From contig CAYUTF010000014.1 of NCBI GenBank assembly GCA_964447495.1, positions 1 through 57,966 of the forward strand: a stretch of DNA of 57,966 bases, read 5' to 3'. Shown in pieces: positions 21,652 through 31,536 of the stretch; the first letter of the stretch is position 1; every line of letters starts with the position of its first letter. The stretch comes from an uncultured archaeon. Lineage in GTDB: Archaea; Asgardarchaeota; Lokiarchaeia; Sigyniarchaeales; SOKP01. Both the position numbers and the translations under genes were made by a program. The notes beneath the pieces were generated by a model. The model ran no database searches, had not been told where the DNA came from, and saw only the letters and a list, made by a program, of their open reading frames with translations.

Positions 21652-22488
21652 ATGAGTATGGAAGGAAAAATTTGTATGATCACCGGAGCAAATTCGGGTA
21701 TTGGAAAAGTTACCGCTATAGGATTAGCCGAAATGAATGCAACTGTGGTGATGGTCTGTAGAAATAAGGAACGAGGCGAGTCCACGCTAAATGAGATAAC
21801 TCAAAGAACTGGAAACAATAAAGTGGATTTATTATTATGCGATTTAGCCTCTTTAGAATCGATTCGCAATTTAGCAACTGAGTTCAAGAAGAAGTATCAG
21901 AATCTGCATGTGCTTATAAACAATGCTGGAGTCATGCTCTCGAAACGAGTTTTATCGGCTGACGGGTTCGAAATGAACTTTGCGGTAAATTTTTTAGCGC
22001 CATTTTTATTGACAAATTTATTACTTGACGTCTTGAAGAAGAGCGCCCCAAGCAGAATAATAAATGTAGCTTCAGCGGCTCATAAATATGGAACCATTGA
22101 TTTTGAGGACCTACAAGGTGAGCATAAAAAAAGTCGTTTTATGGGATTATATGGAGATTCAAAGTTGGCCTTGCTTTTAATATCATATGAATTGAGCAGA
22201 AGGCTAGAAGGTACAGGAGTCACTTTGAACACGATCCATCCGGGATTGGTAAACACCAATTTAGGTGTCGATAGATCCAATCCTAAAAAAGGGATTGTAA
22301 GACACCTTTTCAAAAAGCCTGAAAAAGGAGCTGAGACTTCGATATATTTAGCCTCCTCACCAGAAGTAGAAGGGATAAATGGGAAGTACTTTATTAATAA
22401 ACAAGAGCAAAAATCGTCAGAAGATTCCTACAACGAAGCCCTTGCTAAAAAATTATGGGATGTAGCTATTCAAATAGTTGGGTTATAG
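21652..22488 (+). CDS. Short-chain dehydrogenase/reductase (retinol dehydrogenase-like)
   Basis: TGANSGIG, NNAG, YGDSK, HPGLVNT. Confidence 0.95.
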   Translation: MSMEGKICMITGANSGIGKVTAIGLAEMNATVVMVCRNKERGESTLNEITQRTGNNKVDLLLCDLASLESIRNLATEFKKKYQNLHVLINNAGVMLSKRVLSADGFEMNFAVNFLAPFLLTNLLLDVLKKSAPSRIINVASAAHKYGTIDFEDLQGEHKKSRFMGLYGDSKLALLLISYELSRRLEGTGVTLNTIHPGLVNTNLGVDRSNPKKGIVRHLFKKPEKGAETSIYLASSPEVEGINGKYFINKQEQKSSEDSYNEALAKKLWDVAIQIVGL

Positions 22489-22550
22489 GGTATTCATTTG
22501 AAAAAACTTGTTGTGCAAATATTTTAATATCATAAAAATACTTATGATTA

Positions 22551-23909
22551 TTAAAACATGCATTCTTCGGGAATGGTGCTTTTTTCTGGTCTGATATTGA
22601 CTCCCCCTTTCTCTAATGCCTTTCGGACGTGCTTACCATCTAGTTCCCGGGGTTTCAATTTTTCATCGATCGAGATTGCAGCAGCTGTACCTGCAGCTTC
22701 ACCAGTACTCATACATGTACCACCAATCCGGAGCGCAGATTGAGTATATCGATCAGATGAGATGCATCGTCCTGCTATTAACAGATTGTCAATTTTAAGC
22801 GGTACAAGACTCCGATAAGGAATATCAAAAGGCGGATGATTTTCATATCTGCCGGTTTCGTTCTTATCAAGGGGATGAACATCTATCATGTATCGACATG
22901 ACGTAATCGCATCCTCAAAATGCTTGCCCTCAACTGCATCCTCTTCGATAAGATAATATTCACCCTTAATCCTTCTTGTCTCTCGAACATAGATATGTGT
23001 TCCTGTAGCCGCAACATACGAGGAACTGAAATAAGGATTATGTCGCAGGACATCTCTTGCCTCTATAATCTGTCTTCGCAAAATAATATGTGCGCGGGTA
23101 AGATCCTCTGCCTTTGTCCCATCGATACCCTTCACATGAGCGAGATTTACTAGAAGCATCCTTGGACTCACCGGCATAGGCACCAAAAAAGCTACATCGT
23201 AGGGTAATTTGTATTTAATACCCGCTCTCCTCGCTGTTTTTTTCATGATTGGGCTGAGGAGAAAAATACCCCCCAATGGTGTCGCGGGCAGGTTTTTCAG
23301 CTCTTCTTCATTATGAAGATGAAAGAGCAGTGAAACCGAGGGCATTAGACCATCCTTCTTCCTTCCTTTTTCATAAGGTGCTCCTGAACGAGCAGCAATG
23401 TCCCCATCACCGGTACAATCGATCACTCTCTTCGCAAGTATTGCTTGTCTTCCCGATTTATTTTCAATTATTACTCCTTGTATATTATTATTTTCCATTA
23501 CTGGTTTTACAGCAAGTGTATGCAACAGCATCTTAACACCCGCTTCATCCAACATTTCTTGAGCAATAAATTTGAAGATCTCCACATCATAAGTGTTTGC
23601 AAGGGAGAAGTCATATTTAACCTCGGAGGGATCATGTTTGATATATCCTCCTCTTTCCGCCATTCGATCCATGAATTCTTGGATAAGTCCGCCCTTTCCC
23701 ATCATCTCAGGAATAGGATTAACCAGATAGGCTGTAGCAGTACCACCAAGAAAACCTTCCTGCTCAATTAAGAATGTATCGGAACCATGTCGTGCCGAAG
23801 CAAGGGCAGCAAAAATTCCTGATGATCCTCCTCCACAGACAAGTACATCAACGCTATCGAATACCTTTATCTCACGTGCTTCTTCAAAAATCGTTTTTTC
23901 CATGTTCAT
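22551..23909 (-). CDS. FAD-dependent oxidoreductase (FAD_oxidored family)
   Basis: DVLVCGGGSSG, IDCTGDGD, RETRRI, NLLIAGRCIS, GEAAG. Confidence 0.9.
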   Translation of the reverse strand: MNMEKTIFEEAREIKVFDSVDVLVCGGGSSGIFAALASARHGSDTFLIEQEGFLGGTATAYLVNPIPEMMGKGGLIQEFMDRMAERGGYIKHDPSEVKYDFSLANTYDVEIFKFIAQEMLDEAGVKMLLHTLAVKPVMENNNIQGVIIENKSGRQAILAKRVIDCTGDGDIAARSGAPYEKGRKKDGLMPSVSLLFHLHNEEELKNLPATPLGGIFLLSPIMKKTARRAGIKYKLPYDVAFLVPMPVSPRMLLVNLAHVKGIDGTKAEDLTRAHIILRRQIIEARDVLRHNPYFSSSYVAATGTHIYVRETRRIKGEYYLIEEDAVEGKHFEDAITSCRYMIDVHPLDKNETGRYENHPPFDIPYRSLVPLKIDNLLIAGRCISSDRYTQSALRIGGTCMSTGEAAGTAAAISIDEKLKPRELDGKHVRKALEKGGVNIRPEKSTIPEECMF

Positions 23910-24248
23910 ACCTTCCTTAAAAGATATTTCAAAATTTATTTTTTTATATATAAACTTTGGAGCCTTCCTTATAATAAACCTATTTTTTTTAACATTCTCG
24001 AAATATGTAAATTAATTTATTATAAACAGATATTCCTTATATTAAACATTACTGTTTGAATTTAATTTACTAATATAGATTTTAAAGAACCTAAAATATT
24101 CAATATTTTTTAAATGGTTCCAATTTACGATAATTAATCCCTTAAGTCATTGATTTATCGACATTTATTGGTACAAATTAGGAATGCCTAAATTTAAATA
24201 TGAACAAACTTTTAACAATTATAATAAAATAATTAATAACTATAAAAA

Positions 24249-25013
24249 ATGAAGCAAACAGTAAATTATGGAAATTGGGTCCCTCGCAATTTCTTATATC
24301 TCTTTATAGGTGTATTTTTAATTCTATTGATTCCTACGTTATTTTCAATAATTCCCTTAGCTAAAATCATATTATGGGTGATTGCAGGAGTATGGGCTCT
24401 GCCTTCCGCATTCATGTTTTATTTATACTATTATTTTTCTACAAATAACAATGAGATACAATATAAGATTTGGGATTTAGTGATTCAGAAATTACCGTGG
24501 AATGGGAAAGGAAAAGCACTTGATGTTGGAACAGGAGCAGGAGGCTTAGCAATTGAGCTTGCTAAAAGATATCCTGCCTCTGATGTATGCGGAATAGATT
24601 ATTGGGGAAAAACATGGAATTATTCAAAACAGCAGTGCGAAAAGAATGCTGAATTAGAAGGGGTGGCAAACCAACTTATGTTTCAGAAGGCGACTGCCTC
24701 AAAATTACCCTTTAAAGACGGTGAATTTGATGCGATTGTGAGCAATTTTGTCTATCATGAAGTAAGAGACACCAGGGACAAAAGTAAACTCATTAATGAA
24801 TCTTTACGGGTCTTAAAAAAGGGAGGTTCCTTTTCTTTACAGGATACGTTTAAAAATAAGAGACGATATGGACAATATGAGGATTTAATAAGGCAAATGA
24901 AAGAATGGGGTATTCAGCAAATTAATTTTGTTGATTCAATAAATGAGCTAACAATGCCCAAATTGGTGAAAACTGAATTGAAAACCATGGGTTTAATATA
25001 TGGAATAAAATAA
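24249..25013 (+). CDS. Class I SAM-dependent methyltransferase with N-terminal TMs
   Basis: LDVGTGAG, LPFKDGEFD, RVLKKGG. Confidence 0.9.
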   Translation: MKQTVNYGNWVPRNFLYLFIGVFLILLIPTLFSIIPLAKIILWVIAGVWALPSAFMFYLYYYFSTNNNEIQYKIWDLVIQKLPWNGKGKALDVGTGAGGLAIELAKRYPASDVCGIDYWGKTWNYSKQQCEKNAELEGVANQLMFQKATASKLPFKDGEFDAIVSNFVYHEVRDTRDKSKLINESLRVLKKGGSFSLQDTFKNKRRYGQYEDLIRQMKEWGIQQINFVDSINELTMPKLVKTELKTMGLIYGIK

Positions 25014-25092
25014 TAGAGTATTAAATACCTTTCTATCTAAAATAGCAATATTTTAAGAAAAAATAAGCAAAAAAAAAAGATAAAAACCTAGG

Positions 25093-25740
25093 TTAAATTT
25101 TTGATTCTTCCATAACTTTAATAGCATCAGCTTTAGTTTTTACGGTTGCGACGGAATCAAGAATCTTTTTATGAAACACCGTTTCAATGTCCACCAAATT
25201 TTTAATAACTTTTTGCATAGTTTCTAATTTTATTTTATTAAAATCTACGGTAGCTACTTTTACATCGTTCTCTTCTTTCGCAGCTTTTTCCTTAGCAGTT
25301 TTTAATTCCATTTCAGCAGTTTGAATTTCATTCGGTTTTAATTTTTCTTTTGGTTTACTTTGGACTTTGCTTAAATGCTTTTCAGCTTTTTCTAGCTCTC
25401 TCGTAGCTTTTTGTGCCTCGTTCTGTTCCGTCTGAAGTTTTTGTAAGCCAACCAACAGTTCGTTTAGCGGAGCAATATATTCTTCTCGGAGTCTTTTGAC
25501 TTTTTCCGTGCTTTCTTTTTCAATAATTTCAAATGTGGACGCTAATGAACTTACCGCTTGTCCTAAGGAAGGAGTCTCCGTCTCAGCATAACCTTTTAAT
25601 GCAGTAACCGTCTTTTTAATATTGGTTGTGACGTTCTCTTCTGCATTAATATAATGATTACTTCCTTTAATTAACTCATTTATTTTATTGCTGGTTATTC
25701 CTAAGGCATTTGTTAAATTATCCATAAATTTCTTAAACAT
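25093..25740 (-). CDS. BAR-domain-like helical protein (FAM92/CIBAR-like)
   Basis: All-helical 215 aa protein with YAETETPSL, the IAPL helix-2 kink, IQTAEMEL and IETVFHKKIL, recalling FAM92/SNX-type BAR domains. Confidence 0.7.
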   Translation of the reverse strand: MFKKFMDNLTNALGITSNKINELIKGSNHYINAEENVTTNIKKTVTALKGYAETETPSLGQAVSSLASTFEIIEKESTEKVKRLREEYIAPLNELLVGLQKLQTEQNEAQKATRELEKAEKHLSKVQSKPKEKLKPNEIQTAEMELKTAKEKAAKEENDVKVATVDFNKIKLETMQKVIKNLVDIETVFHKKILDSVATVKTKADAIKVMEESKI

Positions 25741-26037
25741 TTTTAAACATCTTCGTTATAATTCGGGATCTAAATTATGTAAGAGTTTATAACGTTATTG
25801 TTTATAAAAAATCAATAAAATTTCTTTAGCTAAGAAATTTAACTCTCCTTATCAGCAGAAGTACATTAATTCATGGATGTGAACTATAAATTTTTAAATA
25901 TATTTCTTGAATAATTCTTAACTAATGATTATTTTTTTTTAACATCTAGAAATTTACTATGAGAAGGATGAAATTTTAAAATCCAATAAAAAAATACAAT
26001 CAGACCTCAATTTACTTGAACTTTTAGTGGTAAAAAT

Positions 26038-27909
26038 ATGAAATGGCGCTATGTATTAATTGGCATAGGGTTAGTGATTGTTTTAATTTCACTCTTTTTT
26101 ATCGAATTCTTCATATTTCATTCGATCTTCTGGAGTTTCTTAATTTCAGCAGCAGCGATGTTGAATTATGCTCACATCCTTACTCATAAGTTAAATTGGG
26201 AATTAGATCCGAAAAAGGTAATTGCCCTCTATTTCATTCTCTCCTCAGCATTGATAGCAACCGAATTTCTATTAACAGGAAATGTAATTTGGAGCTTTTC
26301 TTTAACGGTTATGTCACTTTTTTTTATAGGTCATTATTTATCAATTGGGTTTAACATTCTTTTCAAGCAATTTCATATAAAAGAAGTCTATCGGGGCTTA
26401 ATTAGCTTTTATTTGGTATTTGTGTACTTTTACATAATAATGTTTATATTTCTCCAGAGTATCAATCAAACTTCTATTTTAATTGAATTTACGTTTATCT
26501 TTTATATTTCCCTTATCGCAATGATTTTATTTACTATAAATTCGTTAATTAGAATTGTTGCAGTCAGTTTTCATCGAAGAAAGTACGATATATTTCCTAT
26601 TAATCGGATAGAATATGCTGCCTTATACTTTTTAAGAAGGGCAGAAAATAATCACCTCACTTTTTCGGAATTAAAAAAACAACTCAAGGGAATATTTAAT
26701 ATCTTCACAGAAAATATCTATTTTGACGATAAAACAGCCAAATCTAGCATTTATTATTTATGCGCACTTGGATTTGCAGATATTAACGGCGATGAGGTGT
26801 ATCTGAACGATTTGGGCAAACAACAAGGAGAAGTATGGAATGAAACGCTAAATAGTCAAATGAAGAATTTTAACAAAATTTTAACCAGAAAAACTGTACT
26901 AATTCGGTCATTTTTAGGATTATTTTTCCTGAGCCTCCTTAAAATCTTTATAGGGTTTTTCAATTCAGAATCACTGTTCGCAGAAGGCTTTGAGAATTTA
27001 TTGGATTGTATCGCCGTCATATTAATTGTAATTGGCATCAGATTTAAACAAGAAAAAGTAGTAAATATCGTCATCATCAGCTTAATGACCTTTACAGGAG
27101 GCTCTATCATGTTGAATTCAGTTCAATCTTTATTCTATGGTCCCGAACCCATATCCAATGTCATATACATCGTGATAATCGCTATAATCTCGATATTTTT
27201 AAATACATATTTACGCATTTTGAAAAATTTTGTGGGGAAAAAAAATCGGAACTCTTCCCTTATCGCGAGTGCTATAGATTCGAAAGTAAACATTATATTA
27301 TCCATTAGTATCATCATTGGTGCTCTTTTATCCAATCTCGGGACAGCACTCGGAATGCCCTTATTTCATTATTGTGATCCAATTATCGCCCTCTTTGTAT
27401 GTGCTCTCATATTTAAAGAAGTTATTGAAATTTTACGCGATCTAATTGCCTCGAAAGAAGAAGAAATTGAATATGAGAAATTCCAGATGAAATATGAAAA
27501 GAATTTCATGGAATACATAACCAAGTGGATATTTACCGTTTATAATGATAATATAAATTTGAAATTCACACCCATACAATTATCAGAATATTTCCTGAAA
27601 TCTCTGAAAAAAGGCGAAGAGGTATATACAGAGTTCGCTTCTTTTGGACTATATTTATTTAAAGAAAAAGGAGTAATATCGGTAATAAATGACTTACTTC
27701 ATGAAAACTTTTTGTCGCTGTCAAAAGAGGGATTAATTACATTGACAAAAAAAGGTGAATACTTTTATGACCACCTCTACTCTAAAGAATTACTGAAAGA
27801 TCTCAAAGATCCGTTTGATTTCTTTTTTGAAGAACAAATTAGTTTTGATAGTATAGAATCCAGAAAGCTCGAGATATTGGAAAATTTTCAAATCATTAAG
27901 AGTAATTGA
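26038..27909 (+). CDS. Cation diffusion facilitator (CDF)-like transporter fused to extra TM and winged-helix-like domains
   Basis: SESLFAEGFENLLD, SLIASAIDSKVN and DPIIALFV CDF-like motifs; flanking LNDLGKQ and LTKKGE wing motifs. Confidence 0.75.
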   Translation: MKWRYVLIGIGLVIVLISLFFIEFFIFHSIFWSFLISAAAMLNYAHILTHKLNWELDPKKVIALYFILSSALIATEFLLTGNVIWSFSLTVMSLFFIGHYLSIGFNILFKQFHIKEVYRGLISFYLVFVYFYIIMFIFLQSINQTSILIEFTFIFYISLIAMILFTINSLIRIVAVSFHRRKYDIFPINRIEYAALYFLRRAENNHLTFSELKKQLKGIFNIFTENIYFDDKTAKSSIYYLCALGFADINGDEVYLNDLGKQQGEVWNETLNSQMKNFNKILTRKTVLIRSFLGLFFLSLLKIFIGFFNSESLFAEGFENLLDCIAVILIVIGIRFKQEKVVNIVIISLMTFTGGSIMLNSVQSLFYGPEPISNVIYIVIIAIISIFLNTYLRILKNFVGKKNRNSSLIASAIDSKVNIILSISIIIGALLSNLGTALGMPLFHYCDPIIALFVCALIFKEVIEILRDLIASKEEEIEYEKFQMKYEKNFMEYITKWIFTVYNDNINLKFTPIQLSEYFLKSLKKGEEVYTEFASFGLYLFKEKGVISVINDLLHENFLSLSKEGLITLTKKGEYFYDHLYSKELLKDLKDPFDFFFEEQISFDSIESRKLEILENFQIIKSN

Positions 27910-27916
27910 CTTGATT

Positions 27917-28291
27917 TCAGATTCTTATTGTATTTAAAATTACTAAAGAAACTGAAGCGATAAGAATGATTCCAAACATAATGACAAATGACCACTGCTT
28001 TTTTTGTCCATAATAGCCTGCTGAATTGATTACGGCATAAATCACTAATCCCATTGCCAGAATAAAGAAATTAGATGCCCAAGGGAGCCCTATAAGAAGT
28101 AAAATTCCACTTATAAGGGAGAGAAGTCCCATAGTCATTTCAGCAGTTACATGAAACCGTATTGCTACAGGCTCGGTTTTTGATTCGGGTATCTGTTTAG
28201 TAACATACAACATCGTCCAAAGACCTATAATCCCAATTCCGATAACTATGGCATATATTCCACTAATTAGTAAAAGTACTATTTTTCTCAC
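27917..28291 (-). CDS. Hypothetical 4-TM membrane protein
   Basis: Hydrophobic ORF with FHVTAE and NSAGYY; GTG at 28291 is the likely start. Confidence 0.7.
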   Translation of the reverse strand: MRKIVLLLISGIYAIVIGIGIIGLWTMLYVTKQIPESKTEPVAIRFHVTAEMTMGLLSLISGILLLIGLPWASNFFILAMGLVIYAVINSAGYYGQKKQWSFVIMFGIILIASVSLVILNTIRI

Positions 28292-28594
28292 ATCATTACG
28301 CAATTTGGTTTGAGAAGAATAGAACGTAATTCAATAAAAGATTTAGCATTCTTAATCGTTTTAATAAACTCAGGAAAAATTACGTAAGGGATAAAGAGTC
28401 CCTGACCATAAGGGAATTTAATGTTAAAACAAATAAAATAGCTATGATGAAATGGTGAAAATTTATTTTTAAAATGTTTTTTGGGAATCAAATTTTATAA
28501 ACAACCTATTTGATTATAATATATAGAATAGAGTATTTGATTTATTTATAATTTGTTAAGGCAAATTCTATCATATCAATGGAAGTGAAATTCA

Positions 28595-30355
28595 ATATCT
28601 TCTGCTAAAAACAAACTAAGAACACAAATTCTAAGATTAGAACAAGGTTTTCCTCAAAATTGGTTATACATTGAGCGAAAAGTCAAATATACACATAATA
28701 AAAAAGAATCTGAGGGTGTAAAGGCGAGTGAAAATTTTGTTGGAAAATATATTGATGAGATTTTTCAAAGAGACATATTAGATGTATACAATGAAAGGAT
28801 AACTAAAATTAGACCTATAATCGGGCCTAATGGGGCGGGAAAAACTACTCTTCTAAAATTTAAAGTTAAAAAAGCTGCAGAAGAGATTGCTTTTGAAAAT
28901 CTAATATATTTATTTTTTGATTTTAAAGGAGTGACAGATAATATAGAAGAATTTTGGCCTATTTTTCTACAGAAATTCCTTTCACAATTAACAGAAGCCG
29001 ATAGACCAATATTAGTAGAAATCTTAAACAGATTAGATCAAGTAAATAGAGAATTAGAATTAATGAAAATTTTAAAAAATCCAGATTTAGTTAATAATAC
29101 TTTAAAACTTATTTCTAATTCTTCAAGAGAAAGGCAATCTGCATTAAGCTATTTTTATAATATGCAATTAGATAATAAGACTATAGGTGATTTTTTCTAT
29201 GGAATTTTGAATTTAGCACTCCAATTAGATATTCTTGTGGTAATAGCTTTTGATGAACTTCAATTTCTTGATGAAATTGATGAGTCAAATAAATTACTGA
29301 AATTATTTTTAGAGAAATTTATCAGACACTTAATGGAACAGTTCCAAAATCAACGTCTTTATATTGCTATTTCATGCCTTGAAAATCCAAAAGATGAAGA
29401 ATGGACAAGATTAAAAACCCAAAGCAAAAGTTTTGCTAGTATTGTGGCTAATAAAGAAATCATACTTGGAAACTTAATGGTTAATGAAAAAAATGAAATT
29501 ATAGAACAAGTAGCGGATAAAATAGGTTTTGACAGAAGCAATCAGAAAATATTTTATTCTAAAATTAAAGAATCTTTACTATATTTTTTACCAAGAGATC
29601 TATTGAAACAAATCGCTTATGTGTTAGACACTATGGATTATATGGGATATACAGAATATGAAATAAGAACTATTTATGAAGAGAATGCTAGAGAATTTAT
29701 GGAAGAGAAACTTAGAAAAAAAGGATTTAAACATTTGCTCCCTGAAGTGAAAAATGTAGGAGGATACAATATAGATATTTATGCTACTGGAGCTACTAAT
29801 CGTTCTGGTTATATTCCGAAAGCTTTTGGGGAAGTGACAATATCAGGACGCTCAAAGATGAAGCAGAAGGTAGAAAAATTCTCAAATTGGTTATTTAGAA
29901 TGAGAGGGCGAGAATATAACCCTGAAAAAAATGATTATGCTTTTTTTGTCTGTCCTCCAAATTCTATTACTGAAGGGACACAAAAAGTGTTAAAGGATAA
30001 TATTATAGAGCTTTTCTATTTTAATTCTCCAATTGTTGAGCAAATTCAACGTCAGCGGAATAAAGATGTACCAGAAGTCAAAGAAAAACCAAGTGACATC
30101 ATGGGATTAATAGATATAAAAAAAGGAAAAAAATCAGAAGTAGGATTAATATTTGTCAAAGAAGAAAAGTATAAACTTGAACATATTCCCGGTATAGGTC
30201 CCGCTTTTGCAGAAAAATTAAGAAAAGGAAAAATTTTTACAGTAAAGGATTTGCTAAATTGCAATGTTAAGATGAAATCGAAAGAGATTAAAGGAATTGG
30301 TGAAGCTCGTTTAAACACGTGGAAGCAAAATGCCAGACAGATATTAGAAGATTGA
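28595..30355 (+). CDS. P-loop (AAA+/STAND-like) ATPase fused to a PD-(D/E)xK-like domain and C-terminal helix-hairpin-helix domain
   Basis: Frame is open from 28589. Walker A GPNGAGKT at 28823-28846 is upstream of the tracked start 28931; Walker B IAFDE; LPR; IDIY...FGEVT; IPGIGP...IKGIGE. Start (ATA 28595) is inferred. Confidence 0.75.
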   Translation: MSSAKNKLRTQILRLEQGFPQNWLYIERKVKYTHNKKESEGVKASENFVGKYIDEIFQRDILDVYNERITKIRPIIGPNGAGKTTLLKFKVKKAAEEIAFENLIYLFFDFKGVTDNIEEFWPIFLQKFLSQLTEADRPILVEILNRLDQVNRELELMKILKNPDLVNNTLKLISNSSRERQSALSYFYNMQLDNKTIGDFFYGILNLALQLDILVVIAFDELQFLDEIDESNKLLKLFLEKFIRHLMEQFQNQRLYIAISCLENPKDEEWTRLKTQSKSFASIVANKEIILGNLMVNEKNEIIEQVADKIGFDRSNQKIFYSKIKESLLYFLPRDLLKQIAYVLDTMDYMGYTEYEIRTIYEENAREFMEEKLRKKGFKHLLPEVKNVGGYNIDIYATGATNRSGYIPKAFGEVTISGRSKMKQKVEKFSNWLFRMRGREYNPEKNDYAFFVCPPNSITEGTQKVLKDNIIELFYFNSPIVEQIQRQRNKDVPEVKEKPSDIMGLIDIKKGKKSEVGLIFVKEEKYKLEHIPGIGPAFAEKLRKGKIFTVKDLLNCNVKMKSKEIKGIGEARLNTWKQNARQILED

Positions 30356-30406
30356 GATATATAAGAATTCTTCTGACTTTTAAAAGTAAATTCTTCCATA
30401 CTATAC

Positions 30407-30560
30407 TTATAAAGAGTAAAAAGATTCGAAAAATCTTATAGGATACCAATTGAAAAACTCTTGAATATAATCACCGATCACTTCTATACCTTTTCGACTT
30501 TCTGGAGCAAGAGTAGCAGATATAGAAAAAATGTGAATCATATCTTGCCATATTTTTAGT
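30407..30560 (-). pseudogene. C-terminal remnant of an alpha/beta hydrolase (GDXG lipase-like)
   Basis: LKIWQDMIHIFS...APESRKGIEVIGDYIQ resembles the catalytic-His C-terminus of Abhydrolase_3 enzymes; the rest of the gene is absent. Confidence 0.5.
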
Positions 30561-30645
30561 CTCCAAATCCTTTTGATTAAAGCAAAATATAAATTAGGTG
30601 AATCCATATTAAACTAAATAATTTTGTTTATTTTAGGTGTATTAA

Positions 30646-31461
30646 GTGGATGAGCAATATTTTCAAGCAAATCAAAAGATGTGGGATGAATTTGCTAAGG
30701 AGCACTTTCAAATTGAAAGTGAATGTTATAGTGTGAATTCGTTTCTTGAAGGAAATACTGCGCTAAAACAATTTGAGCTAGAGGAAATGGGTAATGTAAA
30801 GGGAAAAAAGTTATTGCATCTTCAATGTCACTTTGGACTAGACACGCTTTCTTGGGCACGAGAGGGGGCAATGGTTACCGGTATTGATTTTTCTGGTGAG
30901 GCTATACGATTAGCAAAAATATTAGCGAGCAAGGCGAATCTTACAGGAAATTTTATTCAAACCAACCTCTATGATTTACCAAACGTTCTTTCTGAGAAGT
31001 TTGATATCGTATATGCCTCAATCGGGGTTTTGTGCTGGCTTAATGATCTCAAAAAATGGGCAGAAATCATAGCTCATTTCTTAAAAGCAGGAGGTTTCTT
31101 CTATATTGCAGAAGAACACTCCGTCTCAAAGATGTTTGATAATGAGCATCCAGAGGAATTACAACTCAAATACAATTATTTTCACAGACCAGAGCCAATA
31201 GAATTTACTGCTGAAGGGTCTTATGCATCAGATGCGTCTCATATGAAATCCCAAAAAGAATATGAGTGGGATCATAGTCTATCCGATATTATTAATTCAT
31301 TAATCCAAGCAGGATTAAAAATTGAATTCTTTAATGAATATCCGTTTACTTCCTACCAAAGATTTGCCTTTTCAGAAAAGGATACTAAGGGGTATTATAG
31401 ATTGAAACATCAAAAAGCTGAAATACCTCTTCTGTTCACATTAAAAGCGTCGAAAATGTGA
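30646..31461 (+). CDS. Class I SAM-dependent methyltransferase
   Basis: LLHLQCHFGLDTLSWAR, VTGIDFS, FDIVY, FLKAGG. Confidence 0.92.
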   Translation: MDEQYFQANQKMWDEFAKEHFQIESECYSVNSFLEGNTALKQFELEEMGNVKGKKLLHLQCHFGLDTLSWAREGAMVTGIDFSGEAIRLAKILASKANLTGNFIQTNLYDLPNVLSEKFDIVYASIGVLCWLNDLKKWAEIIAHFLKAGGFFYIAEEHSVSKMFDNEHPEELQLKYNYFHRPEPIEFTAEGSYASDASHMKSQKEYEWDHSLSDIINSLIQAGLKIEFFNEYPFTSYQRFAFSEKDTKGYYRLKHQKAEIPLLFTLKASKM

Positions 31462-31536
31462 GTTGAAATTAAAAAAAAAGAAAAAATCAATTTTGTCCTC
31501 TACTTACAATATAAATTATATTAGAAAAAATAATAT

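Noticed and set aside
28288-28491. 67-aa ORF upstream of the membrane protein
   Set aside because: No recognisable motif, weak start, and it occupies a likely promoter region.
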